Shown here piece by piece: positions 36,501 through 45,575 of a stretch of DNA of 58,789 nucleotides (positions are counted from its first letter, which is position 1; each line of letters begins with the position of its first letter). A model generated the notes under the pieces. It saw only the letters and a list, made by a program, of their open reading frames with translations, was not told where the DNA came from and did not search any database. The translations under genes and the position numbers were made by a program. The DNA comes from Candidatus Peribacteria bacterium (lineage in GTDB: Bacteria > Patescibacteriota > Gracilibacteria > Peribacterales > Peribacteraceae): positions 1 through 58,789 of the forward strand of contig CALRCM010000003.1 in the NCBI GenBank assembly GCA_943354555.1. The letters run 5' to 3'.

Positions 36501-36871
36501 AAATCCTCCCTGCATTGCTGTCGCTTTCCGAGCGCGGCTTTTGCTTCTTTGCTACGGCACGCACCCATGAATTTCTGGAATCCAGAGGGGTGACATCTGC
36601 CCTCCTCAACAAAGTGAGCGAACCCCGATCCCCCAACATCCGGGAATATCTCGAGATGCGCCGCATTGACCTTGTTATCAATATTCCCACGCATTCTACA
36701 ACCACCGAGCGCACGGACGGCTACTTTATCCGCCGCATGGCGACGGACCACGGCATTCCGCTTATTACCAACGTCCAACTTCTTAAACGCTTCGTTGAAG
36801 CCCTCATGCGCGAAGATCCTGAAAATCTCCCTTTGCTTGCCTGGCCGGATCTGCTGCATAGTGAAAGCTGA
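33560..36871 (+). CDS. carB: Carbamoyl-phosphate synthase large subunit
   Basis: LGSGALKIGEAGEFDYSGSQA, two ATP-grasp halves, IGSSVEFDWC, C-terminal MGS-like domain. Confidence 0.98.
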   Translation: MIEQKDAGSQGARQGGGRAFSHIRTILLLGSGALKIGEAGEFDYSGSQAIKAYKEEGLRVVLINPNIATNQTSWGLADRVYFEPVTPAFVERIIAIEKPEAIALSFGGQTALNCGVALDAQGTLQKYGVEVLGTSVESIRKTEDRALFNAELKSIGVDVPRSYACTTLDEAMQAGRTIGCPVIVRAAYALGGKGSGRAMNEEELRDLCKIAFVESPQVLVEEDLTGWKEIEYEVVRDSADNCITVCNMENVDPLGIHTGESIVVAPSQTLDNEDYQMLRSIALKVIRHLRIVGECNIQYALDPKSRTYRVIEVNARLSRSSALASKATGYPLAFVAAKLGIGYLLPEIRNAITKTTCADFEPSLDYVAVKMPRWDLQKFRFVSDQVTSEMKSVGEVMAIGRSFEEALQKAIRMLNIGADGLFHTKFIFKDLTAEVKRPTPRRIFAVAEALSGEWNPEETSIATGIDRWFLERIHACAKHLKQMTKAGESIPPDMLRKAKMMGFSDRSIASCTGIDPEALRTKRIGLGITPVVKQIDTLAGEFPAQTNYLYLTYHGTEHDVCFDTDQLRVTSCGLRDKLATSNQQPETVVVLGGGPYSIGSSVEFDWCCVQATHELQRQGKFVAMINSNPETVSTDFDECDMLFFDELTDERVRDIADLLHPEGVVVSMGGQIPNSLAPKLASAGIPILGTAPKDIDRAEDRHKFSTLLDELQIDQPAWQEFSDLRSAVAFAQSVGYPVIVRPSYVLSGASMAVVHTDADLEEYISLSAYVNKEAPIVVSKFEVGAKEIELDGVAQNGKLLIYAVAEHVENAGVHSGDATIVLPPQRVNLETLRQIKTVGKNIAAGLCISGPFNIQFLAVNNRIKVIECNLRASRSFPFASKVTGENFASLATQALLGKAPTDRRYQTLDLDHVGVKAAQFSFSRLRGADPRLGVEMASTGEVACFGRNAEQALLTALLAVGFTIPKKNILVTVGRLEDKVEILPALLSLSERGFCFFATARTHEFLESRGVTSALLNKVSEPRSPNIREYLEMRRIDLVINIPTHSTTTERTDGYFIRRMATDHGIPLITNVQLLKRFVEALMREDPENLPLLAWPDLLHSES
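35255..35321. repeat. Inverted heptamer array inside carB
   Basis: agttgcg ggttacg agttgcg ggttacg ... agcaacg agcaacc agcaacc cgaaact. Confidence 0.88.
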
Positions 36872-36951
36872 AAGGGTACTGCTTTTACGACCAAACGGTT
36901 GCCTCGGTTAAAAACTCGCGTACAATCCCTCCGTTTTCTCCTTCTTTTTCC

Positions 36952-37554
36952 ATGCTCAACGACGACGATCTTCTCGATGATGAATCCCCTGCCCAGCAGG
37001 ACGAATCCTCTACATCCGATGGTGATGATGATATCCTCAGTGCCGGTGGAGCACCTGGAACGGCTCAGGGTGATGATGATCAGACACTCGTGACAAAGGA
37101 GGGCCTTAAGAAGCTCAAGGAAGAGCTCGACTATCTTAAAACAGTTCGTCGTGTAGAAGTATCTCAGCGCCTCAAGGAAGCAATCTCCTATGGAGATCTG
37201 TCGGAAAACTCCGAATATGAGGAAGCGAAGAACGAGCAGGCTTTTGTGGAAGGACGAGTCCTCGAGTTGGAGCTGAAAATCAAGAACGCCAAAATTATTA
37301 CAGAAAAGAAGCCTGACGCTAAACGCGGCAAGGAGATAGATATCGGCACCACCGTTACGGTCCGCAACCGCACCGATGGAGACGATCCCGAGACCTACAT
37401 CATCGTTGGCTCCACAGAGGCAGATCCTCTCGAGCACAAGATCAGCAACGAGTCTCCGATCGGTCGTGCACTTCTCGGAAAAGAGAAGGGTGATATCGTC
37501 GAAGTACCGACACCTGGGGGAAAGTTCCGCTATGAAGTACTGAAGGTCGCTTAA
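36952..37554 (+). CDS. greA: Transcription elongation factor GreA with acidic N-terminal extension
   Basis: TKEGLKKLKEELDYLK, GDLSENSEYEEAK, ISNESPIGRALLG. Confidence 0.96.
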   Translation: MLNDDDLLDDESPAQQDESSTSDGDDDILSAGGAPGTAQGDDDQTLVTKEGLKKLKEELDYLKTVRRVEVSQRLKEAISYGDLSENSEYEEAKNEQAFVEGRVLELELKIKNAKIITEKKPDAKRGKEIDIGTTVTVRNRTDGDDPETYIIVGSTEADPLEHKISNESPIGRALLGKEKGDIVEVPTPGGKFRYEVLKVA

Positions 37555-37624
37555 TAGAGAACAGAGAAAAGAGAACTGAACCATCTCTTTTCTCTTTTCT
37601 CTATTCTCTATTCTCTTTACTCTA
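37553..37624. repeat. Inverted heptamer array (AATAGAG/TCTCTAT) after greA
   Basis: aatagag aacagag aaaagag ... tctcttt tctcttt tctctat tctctat tctcttt. Confidence 0.85.
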
Positions 37625-37629
37625 ATGTC

Positions 37630-38031
37630 ATGAGCACACCGCCTTCCCCTCCTCAGGGAACCTCTGCAGCATTCGTCGTCCCTCCTGAAACCGAGCAGAA
37701 ATTCAGCGAGATTGTGTCGCTCATTCGAGCATCCGAGAGTATGAATGATGAAGAACGACAGTACTGGATAAACATCCTGCCAATCATGACTCCTGAACAG
37801 GTCGATAACCTGCGTAAGATTCTTACAACCGAGCGTGATCAGCTTTCCGCAATCGATCGCAAGTACAGCAAGGAAATCTCATCCCTCGGCCAGGAAGAAG
37901 TTCTGCGTCGTGCAGAAGAGCTGCGGAGGAGCAAGCGCAAAGAGCGCACCGAGCAAGAGCAAGCAAGTGAGGAGGCTGAAGATACAACCGCGGAGGATCT
38001 TCTCAGAAAGATCGAAGTGGAGGGAGCATGA
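37630..38031 (+). CDS. Hypothetical helical/coiled-coil protein
   Basis: SESMNDEERQYWINILPIMTPEQ motif followed by a charged coiled coil. Confidence 0.75.
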   Translation: MSTPPSPPQGTSAAFVVPPETEQKFSEIVSLIRASESMNDEERQYWINILPIMTPEQVDNLRKILTTERDQLSAIDRKYSKEISSLGQEEVLRRAEELRRSKRKERTEQEQASEEAEDTTAEDLLRKIEVEGA

Positions 38032-38054
38032 TGTACTTGCCTAAGGGGCAGACC

Positions 38055-39017
38055 TCAGACGCCGCAAAGTCTGGCTACGCAAAGATCAATGAGCGCCTCT
38101 TGCTCCTGCGGAGCATCTGCAGACATTCGTAGTGGGCCTGTCTTCAGATCTATATCCGCCTGCGCACACATCTCTACGAGCGCAAGGAGAGCTGAGCGGT
38201 CCATGCGCCTAGCTATGGGCAAGAGACTACGTACCGTGCCAAACTTTAGCCCACAGCGCTTCATGATCGCTTGTTCTGTTCTTGCACCATCATGAAATGC
38301 TGCTGCTACTTGCGTCAGCTGCGAGACTGCCCATAGCAGGGTAGGCCATAATCCTGCGGCAGATTCTCCACTGGCCAGATAGGTACGTACAAATTGCAGA
38401 GCAGCTGCGGAGTCGCCGCTGGAAAGAATATCGAGTACGTGCCAAACATTCTGCTCGGCAGAGGGAAGAACAAGGGACCTAACATCCGCTACCTCAATCG
38501 TCCGACCGTGAACGTAGATGGACAGTTTCAAAATTTCTGCGTCGAGCATTATCTGATCCTCACCGACGAGTGCATGAAGCAGGCACCGGGCCTGAGGTGT
38601 GATAGAGACCGAAAGCTGCTGACACCGCTGGGCCATCCATGCATCAAGTACTGCACCTGTAAGGGGCATAAAATTCTTCACTTCGGCAATCTCCAATAGT
38701 GCCTTCGTCCCGGATCGCCTTTTGTCCAGATCAGGACAAATGAAAAGCAAGATGACATCACTATGGGTATCCGCTGGCAAACGCATGATCTCCTCACGCT
38801 CAAAATTCGGCATGCCCTCAACAATGACAAGTCGCTTGGGCGCTGTAAACGGAAGAACGCTGACTTCATCAAGCAACCGGGAATAGGAAAGACCCGCCGC
38901 ATCAACTCTGCTAGAGTTTTCAGCACCATATTTCTCGGTAAATGATACAATCCATCTCCTCCGCTCCTCACGGAGAAGATAGGCATTGTCTCCCGTAAAT
39001 AGACAGATGGGTGCCAT
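38055..39017 (-). CDS. holA: DNA polymerase III delta subunit
   Basis: LFTGDNAYLL, LPFTAPKRLVIV, LDKRR, EILKL, ADIDLKTG; about 320 aa. Confidence 0.88.
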   Translation of the reverse strand: MAPICLFTGDNAYLLREERRRWIVSFTEKYGAENSSRVDAAGLSYSRLLDEVSVLPFTAPKRLVIVEGMPNFEREEIMRLPADTHSDVILLFICPDLDKRRSGTKALLEIAEVKNFMPLTGAVLDAWMAQRCQQLSVSITPQARCLLHALVGEDQIMLDAEILKLSIYVHGRTIEVADVRSLVLPSAEQNVWHVLDILSSGDSAAALQFVRTYLASGESAAGLWPTLLWAVSQLTQVAAAFHDGARTEQAIMKRCGLKFGTVRSLLPIARRMDRSALLALVEMCAQADIDLKTGPLRMSADAPQEQEALIDLCVARLCGV

Positions 39018-39192
39018 AGATATCCCGAATAGTATGGCACATGAATGCGCGTAGTATTGATATTGCAATAATGCAAATATAGTATATTTCGTAGTAAATG
39101 CTTTGTGCCGAAATGCTACAGAATACTACTATGAATATATTTCCACTCCTGGCCATGGAGAAGTTCTGCAAAATGCCCTATACTGACGGGAT

Positions 39193-39513
39193 ATGACAAA
39201 GAAGACATCTTCCGCGGCAGTGAACTTCAAGATCCTCATGTTGGGGTCTGCAACGGTAGCGAGTGCTTTTTTCGTCGGTATTCAAACGGCCGGAGATGTC
39301 CAACCCATCTCCCTGATCGAAGCAGGTGGTGCAATCACGGGTGATATAGACAATAGCGGCATGGTCGACGAAAACGATGCCATAGCCATTCTTGAAATGG
39401 TGCAAGGATATCGTGATATCACTCCGGACGCTTTGCACAGAGACCCCAACCACGATGGCATCTTCACCATAGATGATGCCATCCGCATCCTGACTATTAT
39501 CGGGGACCAATAA
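39193..39513 (+). CDS. Membrane-anchored dockerin-like protein
   Basis: TM helix then duplicated EF-hand-like loops GDIDNSGMVDENDAIAIL and DPNHDGIFTIDDAIRIL. Confidence 0.8.
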   Translation: MTKKTSSAAVNFKILMLGSATVASAFFVGIQTAGDVQPISLIEAGGAITGDIDNSGMVDENDAIAILEMVQGYRDITPDALHRDPNHDGIFTIDDAIRILTIIGDQ

Positions 39514-39518
39514 CACCT

Positions 39519-41135
39519 ATGAAATCACACACACAAACTACCATCGCTCTCCTCCTCGCCGGAATCATCCTGATAGGATCCCCGTCACAGGTATATGGGA
39601 TGGGAACGGAAACCAGCATCGTCCTTCGACCCCACTGTCTTATGGGATACACAGAAGATAATAGGATCTTGGATGAAGGAGGAGATGCAGAAGCAATCCA
39701 GTGCCCAAGCTTCTCCATCGAAGATCCTCAGACACTGAGAACACCTGAGCTCCGTGTGGGCGATATACTTGATATCGACATCGTCGTGGAGAACCCGAAC
39801 AAGGCAGAGATTACGCGCATACGTTCCTGGCTCTCCTACGATCCCGCAGTACTGAAGGGAGATGAAGTAACCATCAACGAAGCACTACCCATTGTCACCC
39901 CGGGTGAAGACGGATTTTCGGAAACAGAAGGGTACGTAAAGATCGAAGGATCTGCTGATGGTAGTGGTCCCAAGGATATTCAAGTTCTTGTTGCGCGTGT
40001 GCAGTTCACCGTGCTCAAGCCCATGCCTGCAGGAACAGTCATTACATTCTACGATGTCCAGAAAGATGGCCACACAACGGTCGTAACAGGAATAGGAGAG
40101 GAACAGGAGCACATCATCACCCGTGAACCAGGCGCACTGCACGTGATGCTCGCACAAAGTGAGACAGAGGAAGCACCTGACCCTTCGACTGCTGAGATAC
40201 CAACTGTTGAATCCAATCTCGAACCAGTCGCAGAGGATCCACCAGCCACACCCTCCTCTGCTGCAAGCTCTTCGTCGGAAGCTCCTGAAACGGTACTTCT
40301 CTCTGATGGTGAGGCCTGCATCACTAGTCCACAATGTCGATCCAGCCATTGCAATCAGGGTGTATGTCAGGCTGCAGGAGCTCTCATTCCCGATGGAGGT
40401 GCATGTGGGGAAAACACTCAATGCCATAGCGGACAATGCTTCAATAACACCTGCGTCGGCACTACGACCTCATCGTCATCCCCGCTTTCACCAATCGGCG
40501 GAGCCTGTCTCAGTAGCGCACAATGCCTCAGCGGACTGTGTGCCGATGGCTTCTGTATTCCTTCGCTGGATGCCCAGAGACAGCAGGGCCCATCTTCCGC
40601 CGCTGTCGCTTCTGCTCCAAGTGCTGCATTCGGGCTTCTCCAAGTACAGAATGTGCGAATTACAACAGAGGGAACATCCGTGTACCTCGGATGGGAGGCA
40701 CTGAAATCCTCACAACTCCAAGGATACAATATCTACTACGGAACAACGACAGGAAGATACATTCAGAGAAAAACGGTTAATGGCAATGTGCAGAGCCTTG
40801 CGATCCGGTCGCTCCCTGCAGGGACGACCTATTACTTCTCACTGCGGGCTGTGAGTCTTTCCGACCAAGAAAGTGCCTTTAGTGGAGAAGTCGCCGTGAC
40901 GGTGGGTGACCCGAAGACGGCAACTGCGCCACTGGCTGCAGGGTCGATCCCGAGTGATGACAGTCCCGGAAAAAATCCGGTGCTGGGGAGTGTCACGCAG
41001 GATGGCGGAACGGTTCCTGGTGAGACGGGCATCCCGTCTACACTCGCGCTTCTCGCACTCATCTGCGCAATGATCGGAACAGGATTTGCATCCCGTAGAC
41101 AAATGGTCGCGCTTACCACTGTTGATCAAGCATGA
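39519..41135 (+). CDS. Secreted cohesin-like + Cys-rich repeats + FN3 protein with sortase-type C-terminal signal
   Basis: Signal peptide; VGDILDIDIVV..LSYDPAVL..ARVQFTV (cohesin-like); three C-x5-C-x3-C-x4-C repeats; FN3 (LGWE..GYNIYYG..L.AGTTYYFSLRAV); VPGETG-hydrophobic-RR tail. Confidence 0.78.
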   Translation: MKSHTQTTIALLLAGIILIGSPSQVYGMGTETSIVLRPHCLMGYTEDNRILDEGGDAEAIQCPSFSIEDPQTLRTPELRVGDILDIDIVVENPNKAEITRIRSWLSYDPAVLKGDEVTINEALPIVTPGEDGFSETEGYVKIEGSADGSGPKDIQVLVARVQFTVLKPMPAGTVITFYDVQKDGHTTVVTGIGEEQEHIITREPGALHVMLAQSETEEAPDPSTAEIPTVESNLEPVAEDPPATPSSAASSSSEAPETVLLSDGEACITSPQCRSSHCNQGVCQAAGALIPDGGACGENTQCHSGQCFNNTCVGTTTSSSSPLSPIGGACLSSAQCLSGLCADGFCIPSLDAQRQQGPSSAAVASAPSAAFGLLQVQNVRITTEGTSVYLGWEALKSSQLQGYNIYYGTTTGRYIQRKTVNGNVQSLAIRSLPAGTTYYFSLRAVSLSDQESAFSGEVAVTVGDPKTATAPLAAGSIPSDDSPGKNPVLGSVTQDGGTVPGETGIPSTLALLALICAMIGTGFASRRQMVALTTVDQA

Positions 41136-41707
41136 GCACGATCCATCCCCACTGGCATTCAACGGATGACGCACCGGTACCGGTGCGAATCGTAAGCCCA
41201 AAAGCTCCCGATGCGGTGCACATCGGATCTGCACGTGTCTCCCGCAGTCCAGCAGCAATTCTCGGAATCATGCTTGCCGTAGCCATAGGTGCTGTTTCCT
41301 ACGGAACTCTCGATGACACGAAAAAAGAACTCACAGGAGACATTACAGGAAATGAAGTACCCACAAGCGCATTCGATATCCTTGCAAGACAAATCGCTGA
41401 GGAAGCACTGCAAGATTCAATAGCAAATGGTAATTCCGAAGCTGCCCCGTGGGCAGCAATGTCCAATACACAGAGTGTTCCCGAGCGTCCAGCAACGAAT
41501 AATGTTTCGGTACAATCTCCTAGTGCCATCATCCCGACCAATACCAATACCGCTGCACTCGGTGCGGAGTTCGGTAGCATACACAGCGCTGCACCCCGAC
41601 CATTTTCGCAGCCCGAGAGCGGTGCAGGAATGATCCTCGCTACTCTCACCGGAGCCTTTGCCATGCTGCTCGTCATCGCAAGAAACACACTCAAGATACA
41701 AGCGTAA
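41132..41707 (+). CDS. Membrane protein with possible sortase signal (QPESG)
   Basis: Internal TM, low-complexity stalk, QPESG-hydrophobic-R/K tail; ATGA overlap with the previous gene. Confidence 0.65.
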   Translation: MSTIHPHWHSTDDAPVPVRIVSPKAPDAVHIGSARVSRSPAAILGIMLAVAIGAVSYGTLDDTKKELTGDITGNEVPTSAFDILARQIAEEALQDSIANGNSEAAPWAAMSNTQSVPERPATNNVSVQSPSAIIPTNTNTAALGAEFGSIHSAAPRPFSQPESGAGMILATLTGAFAMLLVIARNTLKIQA

Positions 41708-41775
41708 CGATACACAGGAAATGTCATTGCCTCTTCGTCTCTAGGATTCTTTTGCTCTGTCGGTAGAATAGGTCC

Positions 41776-42525
41776 ATGGAAAGAACTCCGACATTCCTCA
41801 AGAACTACCGAAAGCACCGCCAATCGGAAATTCACGGTCACGCACTCGGCGATGTTATTCAGGATATCGTTTACGGAGGCAACGACGGCATTGTTACAAC
41901 ATTCGCGGTCGTGGCTGGTACGGTTGGCGCAGATCTCCCGCGCTATATCATCATCATCCTCGGACTTGGTAACCTCCTTGCAGACGGTATTTCCATGGCA
42001 ACAGGTGCGTATCTGAGTCTACGGTCCGAGCGTGACCAGTATCGCCGGATCCGTAAGGAGGAACTGGAGGAAATCAAAAGCCATCCGGAGTTTGAACGGG
42101 AAGAGATCCGTGAGTTTCTCGTAAAAATGGGATTTGCCAAGAAGGATCTCAAGCGAGCAACGGAGATCATCACCAGTGACAAAAGCGTATGGGCCGACAC
42201 GATGATGCATGCGGAGCACGGGCTCACAAAAAAGTCGACCGAGCGTCCACTCCTCCATGCATGGATGACCTTTATCAGCTTCCAAATCTTTGGAGTCATC
42301 CCTCTGCTCCCCTATCTCTTTACACTGACAGGCAGTCAACGATTTCCCGTTGCAATGGCATCGACAGCCTTGGCACTTATTTTGCTTGGACTTACTAAGA
42401 GCTGGGTAACACGGGAGGCGCTTTTCAGAGGACCGCTCGAAATCACCGGTGTAGGTGCAGCCGGAGCTTTTGTAGCCTATCTCATAGGCGTGCTACTAAA
42501 ATCGACAGTAGGAGTGGCTTTGTAA
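41776..42525 (+). CDS. VIT1/CCC1 family Fe/Mn transporter
   Basis: [39 protein letters not shown]. Confidence 0.93.
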   Translation: MERTPTFLKNYRKHRQSEIHGHALGDVIQDIVYGGNDGIVTTFAVVAGTVGADLPRYIIIILGLGNLLADGISMATGAYLSLRSERDQYRRIRKEELEEIKSHPEFEREEIREFLVKMGFAKKDLKRATEIITSDKSVWADTMMHAEHGLTKKSTERPLLHAWMTFISFQIFGVIPLLPYLFTLTGSQRFPVAMASTALALILLGLTKSWVTREALFRGPLEITGVGAAGAFVAYLIGVLLKSTVGVAL

Positions 42526-42559
42526 TGAGAGAACGTTCTCCTTCCTCTATGCTCTGTGC

Positions 42560-44509
42560 ATGCATCTGCCCCGTCCTACGAAATGCCAAGGCATCACAGC
42601 AGGGGGAATTCTCTTGGCGTTGATCGTCATTGTGTATGGACGTGTCACCGAATATCCATTCGTCCGATGGGATGATGGAATGCTCATTTATGACAATCCG
42701 GCCATACGATCAATAAATCTCCAAACGCTCAAAACTATCTTCACGACCTATGATCCTGAGCTCTATGTGCCATTTACTTTGCTCAGTTACCAGATCGATT
42801 TTCTCATCGGGGGAATACGCCCGGCAATCTATCACTTTCAGAATATCCTTTGGCATCTCTCTAATGCAGTCCTCCTTACCTGGCTTCTCTTTTGGCTTTT
42901 TGTCGCCCGTAATACGATGGAGAAGTCTCAGGTGTCTATGGGGTGGATTGCTCTTATGCTGGGCTGTCTCTTCGCTGTACACCCGATCAATGTAGAAGCC
43001 GTCGCATGGGCAAGTGCAAGAAAAGATCTGCTTTCCACGTTCTTTGCATTAGCAGCAATGCTCGGCTATCTGCCGTGGATCAGTAGCGGAAAACGCTGGT
43101 GGTACTATGCATCCCTTATCCTTTTCACTGCGGGGCTACTGAGCAAGGTGACGATTATCACACTTCCGCTGATGCTCATGGTAATCGATCTCTGGTGTAA
43201 GCGACCATGGAGCAAGGAAGTATTTCTGGAAAAGATTCCTTTCTTCCTGCTGTCACTTGTCTTCGGCACCATAGCTATCTTTGGAAAATCGTCTCAGCTT
43301 CTGAGCGTTACTTCGTGGGAGACTGTCTTGGTTATCGGAAAAGCAATCATGTTCACCCTAGGTACATGGATGGTACCGCTCCACCTTTCCGTCCTCTATC
43401 CGTACAACGCTGCTATCACTCTAGCATCGCCCGCGTTCGCCCTGCCGATCATCGGCCTCCTTGGACTCTTCGCTCTCCTCAGTATCCTAGCATATAGGAA
43501 GCATACTTTTGCGCCTCTGCTCTGCATAATGCTCTTCCTCCTTCCCCTCCTTCCCAGTCTGCTAAATTTTTCCAAGGGAGGAACGATATATATTTCTTCG
43601 GACCGTTACGCCTATCTCCCCTCTCTAGGGATCCTGCTCGGCATCGGACTTTTTATGGAGAAATTTGTTCGTACGCACGTCAGAGCAGTCCTTGTTCTAG
43701 CAGGAATTTTGATAACTACTGCAACCGGGCTTGCCATACTCCAAACAAAAACGTGGGCGGGAAGTGAGCAACTTTTTTCCCATGTCCTGAAGAACTATCC
43801 AGATGCACACGTCGCTCACAACAACCTCGCAAATTATTTGAGCGAGCGTGCACGTACCGAGGGGAATATTGCTCTGGCCATTACGGAATACGAACATGCA
43901 CTTGCCATCAACAGCGCAATGCCTGAGAGCAAAGAACGAAATAATGCACGCAGCAAGATCCTCAGTAATATGGCGTCGGCGTACCGACAAAGCGGAGACA
44001 TATCATTGGCTCGGACGCAGTACCGCGAGGCTCTGCGATGGAGCCCGGTTAACCCCTATGCTCTAGTGGGTCTGGGAATCCTGGCAGGGCTCGAAGGTGA
44101 TCTCGGTGAATCCGAACGCCTGTACACTACGACACTCACTACGGCACCGCACTTCTCGCCTGCGTACCTGAATCTCGGAAGCCTGTATGCATCCGTAGGT
44201 AAATATCCGGAGGCACTTACTGCCTTCGATGAAGCCATCGACATCGATCCATTTTTGCCGCAGGCACACTACAACCGCGGCGTAATTTTGCAGAAGGTTG
44301 GGAAAGTATCTGAGGCGCGCATAGCCTATCGCAATGCCATCGATCTCGCCCCATCGTTCGTTGTGGCACGAATTAATCTCGGCATTCTGGAGGCAAGGCG
44401 TGGAAAGTACGCAGATGCTGCCGCACAATTCACAGAAGTCCTGCGTATTGATCCTGAGAATGCAAAAGCAAAAGAAGCCTTATGGGAGATACAATTAATG
44501 AACAAATAA
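42560..44509 (+). CDS. TMTC-like membrane glycosyltransferase with TPR repeats
   Basis: FVRWDD, YDPELYVP, HPINVEAVAWASARKD, DRYAYLP, about 7 TPRs; paralog of 1810-3396. Confidence 0.82.
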   Translation: MHLPRPTKCQGITAGGILLALIVIVYGRVTEYPFVRWDDGMLIYDNPAIRSINLQTLKTIFTTYDPELYVPFTLLSYQIDFLIGGIRPAIYHFQNILWHLSNAVLLTWLLFWLFVARNTMEKSQVSMGWIALMLGCLFAVHPINVEAVAWASARKDLLSTFFALAAMLGYLPWISSGKRWWYYASLILFTAGLLSKVTIITLPLMLMVIDLWCKRPWSKEVFLEKIPFFLLSLVFGTIAIFGKSSQLLSVTSWETVLVIGKAIMFTLGTWMVPLHLSVLYPYNAAITLASPAFALPIIGLLGLFALLSILAYRKHTFAPLLCIMLFLLPLLPSLLNFSKGGTIYISSDRYAYLPSLGILLGIGLFMEKFVRTHVRAVLVLAGILITTATGLAILQTKTWAGSEQLFSHVLKNYPDAHVAHNNLANYLSERARTEGNIALAITEYEHALAINSAMPESKERNNARSKILSNMASAYRQSGDISLARTQYREALRWSPVNPYALVGLGILAGLEGDLGESERLYTTTLTTAPHFSPAYLNLGSLYASVGKYPEALTAFDEAIDIDPFLPQAHYNRGVILQKVGKVSEARIAYRNAIDLAPSFVVARINLGILEARRGKYADAAAQFTEVLRIDPENAKAKEALWEIQLMNK

Positions 44510-44648
44510 TGTATTCATATTACTATGCAAAGCTTCCATTGATTGAGAAATGGTACAGACAGCTGAACATACAAAAATTCGTTTTCAAGAAACTAGCAAC
44601 AGAAGCTGCTTGCGGGCATATCGTTCGAAGGATAATGATACGTGCTAT

Positions 44649-45248
44649 ATGCAAACCTATCGCTCATACGTTGCCGAGCTTCTCGGCACCTTTCTCCTCA
44701 CGCTTGCTGTGAGTGTTTCTATAGTTATGCCTTCGGTGATTCCGACTCCGGCCATCGCCGGTCTTACACTCATGGTTATCGTATACATCCTCGGGCCGAT
44801 CAGCGGTGCGCACGTCAACCCCGCAGTAACCGTCGGTATGTGGTGCATCGGAAAGATCTCCACAGTAGATGCGCTTTGTTACATTCTCTCGCAGATAGGA
44901 GGAGCCAGCCTTGTTGCGCCATTCCTTGCTGTCATTCAGGTGATTGCCCCACAGGGAGGATCTCTTGGAGGACTCAGTGTAGGTATTGGTGAAGCACTGG
45001 GTGCAGGCATTCTTGTACTGGGTGTAAGTGCAGTCGCAAGTGGAAAGGCATCCGGAGGACCCTCCGGGGTAACGATCGGCGGATCGCTCTTTCTCGGAGC
45101 AACAGTGGCCTCGGTGATCAGTAGCGGCATTGTGAACCCTGCAGTTGCTCTAGGCATCGGCGTAGGTGGCCTTGCTAATCTCCTAGCTCCGCTCGTCGGT
45201 GGAGTCGCTGCAGCAGAAACCTACAGATGGATGGCGAAGATGAAATAA
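44649..45248 (+). CDS. Aquaporin/MIP family channel
   Basis: AELLGTF, ISGAHVNPAVT and second NPA (IVNPAVA). Confidence 0.93.
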   Translation: MQTYRSYVAELLGTFLLTLAVSVSIVMPSVIPTPAIAGLTLMVIVYILGPISGAHVNPAVTVGMWCIGKISTVDALCYILSQIGGASLVAPFLAVIQVIAPQGGSLGGLSVGIGEALGAGILVLGVSAVASGKASGGPSGVTIGGSLFLGATVASVISSGIVNPAVALGIGVGGLANLLAPLVGGVAAAETYRWMAKMK

Positions 45249-45259
45249 TTCTTGATACC

Positions 45260-45291
45260 AAACCCCCCTGTTGTTGGACAGGGGGGTTTTT
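45260..45291 (+). terminator. Intrinsic terminator
   Basis: AAACCCCCCTGT-loop-ACAGGGGGGTTTTT. Confidence 0.85.
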
Positions 45292-45351
45292 AAAGCTAGT
45301 GCTGCCAAATATATGGCATGAGGAAGGAGGGTGCCGTATAATGCTATTCGT

Positions 45352-45438
45352 GGGTCGGTACCGAAGTAGTCAAACGGGCCAGACTGTAAATCTGGTGGCT
45401 TTACGCCTTCGTGGGTGCAAGTCCCTCCCGGCCCACCA
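45352..45438 (+). tRNA. tRNA-Tyr (anticodon GTA)
   Basis: Acceptor GGGTCGG/CCGGCCC-A-CCA, CCAGA-CTGTAAA-TCTGG, long variable arm; TATAAT at 45337. Confidence 0.95.
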
Positions 45439-45548
45439 TTCGACTCGTCGTCGTTACTGCTGTAACGACTCCTCGCTCATGGTAAACCATTCTCCTCTAC
45501 AAGAGTCGAATGACTCTGAGTAAGACCCTCATGTCGCATCGAAGGACC
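45436..45548. repeat. tRNA-abutting palindromic element (TGAG...TCGAA family)
   Basis: CATTCGACTC...GAGTCGAATG enclosing CGCTCATGG, followed by TGAGTAAGAC-CCTCAT-GTCGCATCGAAG. Confidence 0.7.
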
Positions 45549-45575
45549 ATATGGAAGAATATTTGTATTTGCTCG

